DNA from: Elusimicrobiota bacterium
GTDB lineage: Bacteria > Elusimicrobiota > Elusimicrobia > Elusimicrobiales > UBA9959
Direction of reading: 5' to 3'
Length of the DNA: 64,000 nucleotides
Assembly (NCBI GenBank): GCA_027340875.1
Contig: DAIENX010000038.1
Location: 1-64,000 of the forward strand
Shown here: positions 60,651-64,000 of the stretch, one piece after another
How the letters are laid out: each line of letters opens with the position of its first letter
Numbering within the stretch: position 1 is the first letter of the stretch
The notes under the pieces: model-generated
The model's database searches: none
What the model was told of the DNA's origin: nothing
What the model saw: the letters and a program-made list of their open reading frames with translations, nothing else
Translations under genes and position numbers: made by a program

Positions 60651-62419
60651 CCCTCAAGGCGAAACAGCCATTTTATGCCGCGCAGGTTTTGCATCAAGTG
60701 CGCCACACCGGTGTAGCGTTGCTCCAACTGCCCACAGGCCAAGGGAAAACCTTAATTACCCTGAAAGCCGTAGCAGAACTACTGCGACGCTCAAAAAAGC
60801 CTCGTCCGGTAATACTGGTCACACCGAAGCGCCAAGATGGTGATATCTTTGAGCGTGCTCTCCGGGGAGAACCTAGAGTTGATGAAAACTGTGAGCATAA
60901 TCCTTGGGCGAGGGACGCCTTTAAAACACACGGCCTGGGCGGGCTTTGCAAAGGAAAGAAGCCTAAGCTTGCCTACGCGCAATGCTGGGGGCCCAGTGAT
61001 CTTCGGTCCTCCTACATTCCACTAGGAGCAATTGTAATCATCGACGAAATACACCGCTTCACCAGCTTTCTTGAAAATTGTGCTGATTGCGCCGGCAAGA
61101 AGAAGAGCGGCATTAAACCCACACCAGCAAAACGCCGTCAATACATCCTCTTATCCGCAACACCGATAAACCCGACGAGGATATCTGAAGGTGAGGACAG
61201 GAGCGAGTTAACGTTTGAGCAGCAAGAGGAAAAAGAAGACAAGTTCATTCGTAAAAGCTACTTAAATCTCTATAAAACGATGATCTCTTTGTCCTTCTTA
61301 AGCATTCGGGAAAAAGAGAAACTAGTTGATTCCCTTGAGCGTTCAGAAACGACCACCCTCCAGTCTTTCGCAACCGACCTTAAGGTGGTCATGAAAACCC
61401 TTCGCCCCGTTCCAGATCCGGAGATATTGCTTAAACTCGGTCCTAAAGGGAAATCCCCATATCAGCCGCCGCCCCAAAAGTTGCAACCATCCAAATATCA
61501 TGAATCCGTCTCGGGCCTTCTTAAATTTCATGAAGCCGTGTCAAAAGACTCCGAACTTAGTTACTGTGCCGTGCGCATGGCACTGGCCGGGGCAAGATCA
61601 AGGCCAGGCACAGCAAGCGTGGGCTTCTGGCCTCTGAAAAAATCATTTATTTCCCGCGGCCACGCACACAACCAGCCAGGACTTGAATACGCAGAACAAA
61701 CGACAAAAGCCTTGCAAACCTTGTATCGACGGGGCCATCCCTTACGGACAATGTTAAGCGCGAAAATAGATGCGCTCGCCGGCTTTCTGGCCGAAGTTTG
61801 GAAGAATAGAAACGCAAAGCGCAAATGGCGGGTATTGGTGTATTGCGCCCACCGCGGATCAGTGTCAGCTCTGGCTGCTGAACTTGAAAAACGTTTTATC
61901 AGAAACGGAATCACCTGTAACTGCAAAGAAAATAATACCTGGCTTTATGGAAATAATGCCGCCAACCGTATTGTTTGGGGGACGCAGGGATACACCAGCG
62001 CACTTCATGAAACACAGGCTGAAAGCACCCTGATTCAGTTATTCAGCAGCCCGCAAGAAAACTGCAAAAGGGGGGGGCGTTGCGCGGCAGGTTTTGTCCT
62101 TGTAACATCAGACCGGCTATCAGAATCTATCAGTTTGCACGACTGCTGTGAAATAATGGTTCATTTCGATCTGGACTGGTCGCCATTACGGATGATACAG
62201 CGTTTTGGCCGCCTGTGGCGGATAGATTCCGCCACGGCCAACAAGGATCATGCCATTCACCGTCCCAAGAAGCCGGCGGTCTTTTACATGGTCCAGCCCG
62301 GTTCAGTTGATGAGGAAATACTCTGGCGCCTGGAAAAGCGCTGGCAACGCTTAGAAGCATTAAAACTGGGGCTTGAAACTGTCAGCCGCAAGGACGCTCT
62401 CGGGGAAAGGATTTATTGA
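60626..62419 (+). CDS. superfamily 2 helicase
   Basis: PTGQGKT, DEIH, SATP, VLVYC, SESISL, QRFGRLWR. Confidence 0.88.
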   Translation: MPAKSKKITLKAKQPFYAAQVLHQVRHTGVALLQLPTGQGKTLITLKAVAELLRRSKKPRPVILVTPKRQDGDIFERALRGEPRVDENCEHNPWARDAFKTHGLGGLCKGKKPKLAYAQCWGPSDLRSSYIPLGAIVIIDEIHRFTSFLENCADCAGKKKSGIKPTPAKRRQYILLSATPINPTRISEGEDRSELTFEQQEEKEDKFIRKSYLNLYKTMISLSFLSIREKEKLVDSLERSETTTLQSFATDLKVVMKTLRPVPDPEILLKLGPKGKSPYQPPPQKLQPSKYHESVSGLLKFHEAVSKDSELSYCAVRMALAGARSRPGTASVGFWPLKKSFISRGHAHNQPGLEYAEQTTKALQTLYRRGHPLRTMLSAKIDALAGFLAEVWKNRNAKRKWRVLVYCAHRGSVSALAAELEKRFIRNGITCNCKENNTWLYGNNAANRIVWGTQGYTSALHETQAESTLIQLFSSPQENCKRGGRCAAGFVLVTSDRLSESISLHDCCEIMVHFDLDWSPLRMIQRFGRLWRIDSATANKDHAIHRPKKPAVFYMVQPGSVDEEILWRLEKRWQRLEALKLGLETVSRKDALGERIY

Positions 62420-62436
62420 GCAGATATTCAGATTAC

Positions 62437-62474
62437 CATCACGACACGCCCTTGTCGGGTTGGTCTGGTATACT
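62437..62474 (+). promoter_or_regulatory. PafBC/WYL-type promoter, copy 4
   Basis: CGACA-cgccct-TGTCGG-gttggtctgg-TATACT. Confidence 0.72.
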
Positions 62475-62518
62475 TTTAGCAGCGGTTTAGAGAAGCTTGG
62501 CAGCGGTTCGGGGGAATT

Positions 62519-63004
62519 ATGTCAGATGTAAAACTATACAGGCATTGCCCAATTACAGATTATTTAGCTGAAGGACTTGATAATTACCACGGAGATATAC
62601 GGTTCGAAGGCAATAAGGCAGTGCTATCGTACACTACCGACGATAATGAAAGGATGGTATGGGACTGCATTGAAGAAGGGCCTGGACATTATATCTGCAA
62701 GGCAAAAGGGGTAGACCTCGACGGAGTTGGCACAATGCATAGATTTCCGAAAGGAACCATTCTGGAGGGTTACTGGGAGATCAAATCCGAAGATGGTATT
62801 AACTCAGGGATGTGGCGAATATCCTTAAGGAATCTCTGGAGAGTACCCGAAGCTGGAGATTGGGTCATTATTCAGGACCCGAAGGGAGAGAGCATCAAGA
62901 AGCATCAGGTCGCGGCCATCGAAAAGAACAATCTTAAGTTCAAGAAACACAAGCCCGTTCCCTTTTCCGACTTCGGCAAGGGCTGGACATACGCACAGGA
63001 TTAA
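62519..63004 (+). CDS. hypothetical protein
   Basis: 161-aa ORF with GGGGA RBS, downstream of promoter copy 4. Confidence 0.65.
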   Translation: MSDVKLYRHCPITDYLAEGLDNYHGDIRFEGNKAVLSYTTDDNERMVWDCIEEGPGHYICKAKGVDLDGVGTMHRFPKGTILEGYWEIKSEDGINSGMWRISLRNLWRVPEAGDWVIIQDPKGESIKKHQVAAIEKNNLKFKKHKPVPFSDFGKGWTYAQD

Positions 63005-63017
63005 TCACAAAAGACCC

Positions 63018-63683
63018 ATGAAAAAAGAAGACATCAAAGAGCGGGACATTTTAGTAAACCCAAAACTGGGATTTTGCGGCTATGTGGTAAAGATCGAGAA
63101 ATATGTTGCGCTTCGCGCGCTCGACGGGAAAGCTATGACTTTTGATGCCGAGTACCTTGAACCCGCGCCGGCCGAGGAAGTCGTCAGGTTCCAGGGCAAG
63201 ATCCCCGCAGCGCCTACTGAGACGACCGAAGAGTCACCCAATCGCAAAGGTAAAACTCCGGAAGAGATAAATGCCGGACTTGAACGATACCTGGCGGGAA
63301 TGGCCGCAGAGCACCCGGCATCGGTTGAGCAATTCAAGGGCTTCTGGCGTGAAATAATAGGTATCATCGGCGAGAACCAAGAAGGCAAGAAGTGGGATAT
63401 GCGCTGGCGCTCTACTGACCATTTCTGTCCGGTCCTAAAAGCTCCGAGCCACAGCTCTAATGAATGGGTAAGCAGCATTTATCTTCTATTCGGAGAAAAT
63501 GTCCGCATTGAAGTCCGAAAAAGTTATATCCCGGCTGAATTTGACACGCTCTTTCCGATCCGGGATGCGATGCACGGCTCAACCAATGGCTTCAAAATGG
63601 ATTGGGCGACATTCAATGCAGGGCCGAGGGCCGAGTTCTTGAGGATGTTAAAAATCCTGCACAGCAAATGGCAGAGAGTCTAA
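63018..63683 (+). CDS. hypothetical protein
   Basis: 221-aa ORF, operon spacing. Confidence 0.65.
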   Translation: MKKEDIKERDILVNPKLGFCGYVVKIEKYVALRALDGKAMTFDAEYLEPAPAEEVVRFQGKIPAAPTETTEESPNRKGKTPEEINAGLERYLAGMAAEHPASVEQFKGFWREIIGIIGENQEGKKWDMRWRSTDHFCPVLKAPSHSSNEWVSSIYLLFGENVRIEVRKSYIPAEFDTLFPIRDAMHGSTNGFKMDWATFNAGPRAEFLRMLKILHSKWQRV

Positions 63684-63693
63684 CGGCGCTCAT

Positions 63694-64000
63694 ATGCAAG
63701 TTTCTATCTACACGACGATACTGAGCAGCCTGCTTACCGGGCTGATTGGTTTACTCGCAGGAAACCGATTGTCCATTGATAGGGACAAGCGGCAGGAGTT
63801 TAATTCACTGGCCGGACCGATTCGCACCGCACTTATGAGAGAAAGGGAAAACCCTACTACTTACGGCGGGCACACCGATAAAGTCACGTTTATGCTGTTC
63901 CGTGAATGGCTACCATTTTGGAAGCGAAAAAGATTTGATTTGGCTTTACAGAATTATCGCGATAGCAAAGGTGAACACAATCAGAAGAGAGATTCCATGG
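63694..64000 (+). CDS. hypothetical membrane-anchored protein, runs off the window
   Basis: MQVSIYTTILSSLLTGLIGLLAGNRLSIDRDKRQEFN..., open to the window end (not in the ORF track). Confidence 0.6.
   Translation, partial: MQVSIYTTILSSLLTGLIGLLAGNRLSIDRDKRQEFNSLAGPIRTALMRERENPTTYGGHTDKVTFMLFREWLPFWKRKRFDLALQNYRDSKGEHNQKRDSM

Larger units (their letters stand above)
41867..64000. mobile_element. genomic (defence) island continuing beyond the window end
   Basis: Visibly more AT-rich, atypical codon use; R-M, SIR2, PLD-helicase and orphan genes; starts at the broken miaB-like gene; no integrase seen in the window. Confidence 0.7.

Noticed and set aside
58043..62419. Calling the triad DISARM, BREX or Druantia
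   Set aside because: The required partners (DrmB/DUF1998, system methylases, PglZ, DruE-size helicase) are not visible
1..64000. CRISPR array or cas genes
   Set aside because: No regularly spaced repeat-spacer run; the repeated motifs are dispersed or inverted

Overview
High-GC bacterial chromosome segment. The gene repertoire (PorV/PorQ-family gene beside a kelch/FN3 giant protein with a YPNPF C-terminal domain, MoxR-Bat operon, tandem paralogous HTH genes) suggests Elusimicrobiota, which is inference only. Bases 1-33 kb are housekeeping and envelope genes (M20 peptidase, lnt, HD-GYP regulator, MFS, acyl-CoA ligase, tRNA nucleotidyltransferase, folE, tRNA-Gly(CCC), speD/speE, dksA-like, moxR-batABDE, rpiB, short pyk). 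Bases 33-40.6 kb hold secreted proteases and hypotheticals, several preceded by a shared tandem palindromic operator. Bases 40.8-41.75 kb are an internally deleted IS1111-type (IS110 family) element inserted in a REP-like repeat; its non-coding end still shows bridge/seekRNA-like target and donor guides. At 41.87 kb a miaB-like gene breaks off after 10 codons, and a lower-GC defence-type island follows to the window end: TPR+SIR2, type I R-M, NucS-like nuclease and an unknown-PLD-SF2 helicase triad. Four island promoters share a CGACA-N6-TGTCGG-N10-TANNNT element matching the PafBC/WYL-activated DNA-damage promoter consensus. All product calls come from reading motifs by eye; no database searches were run.
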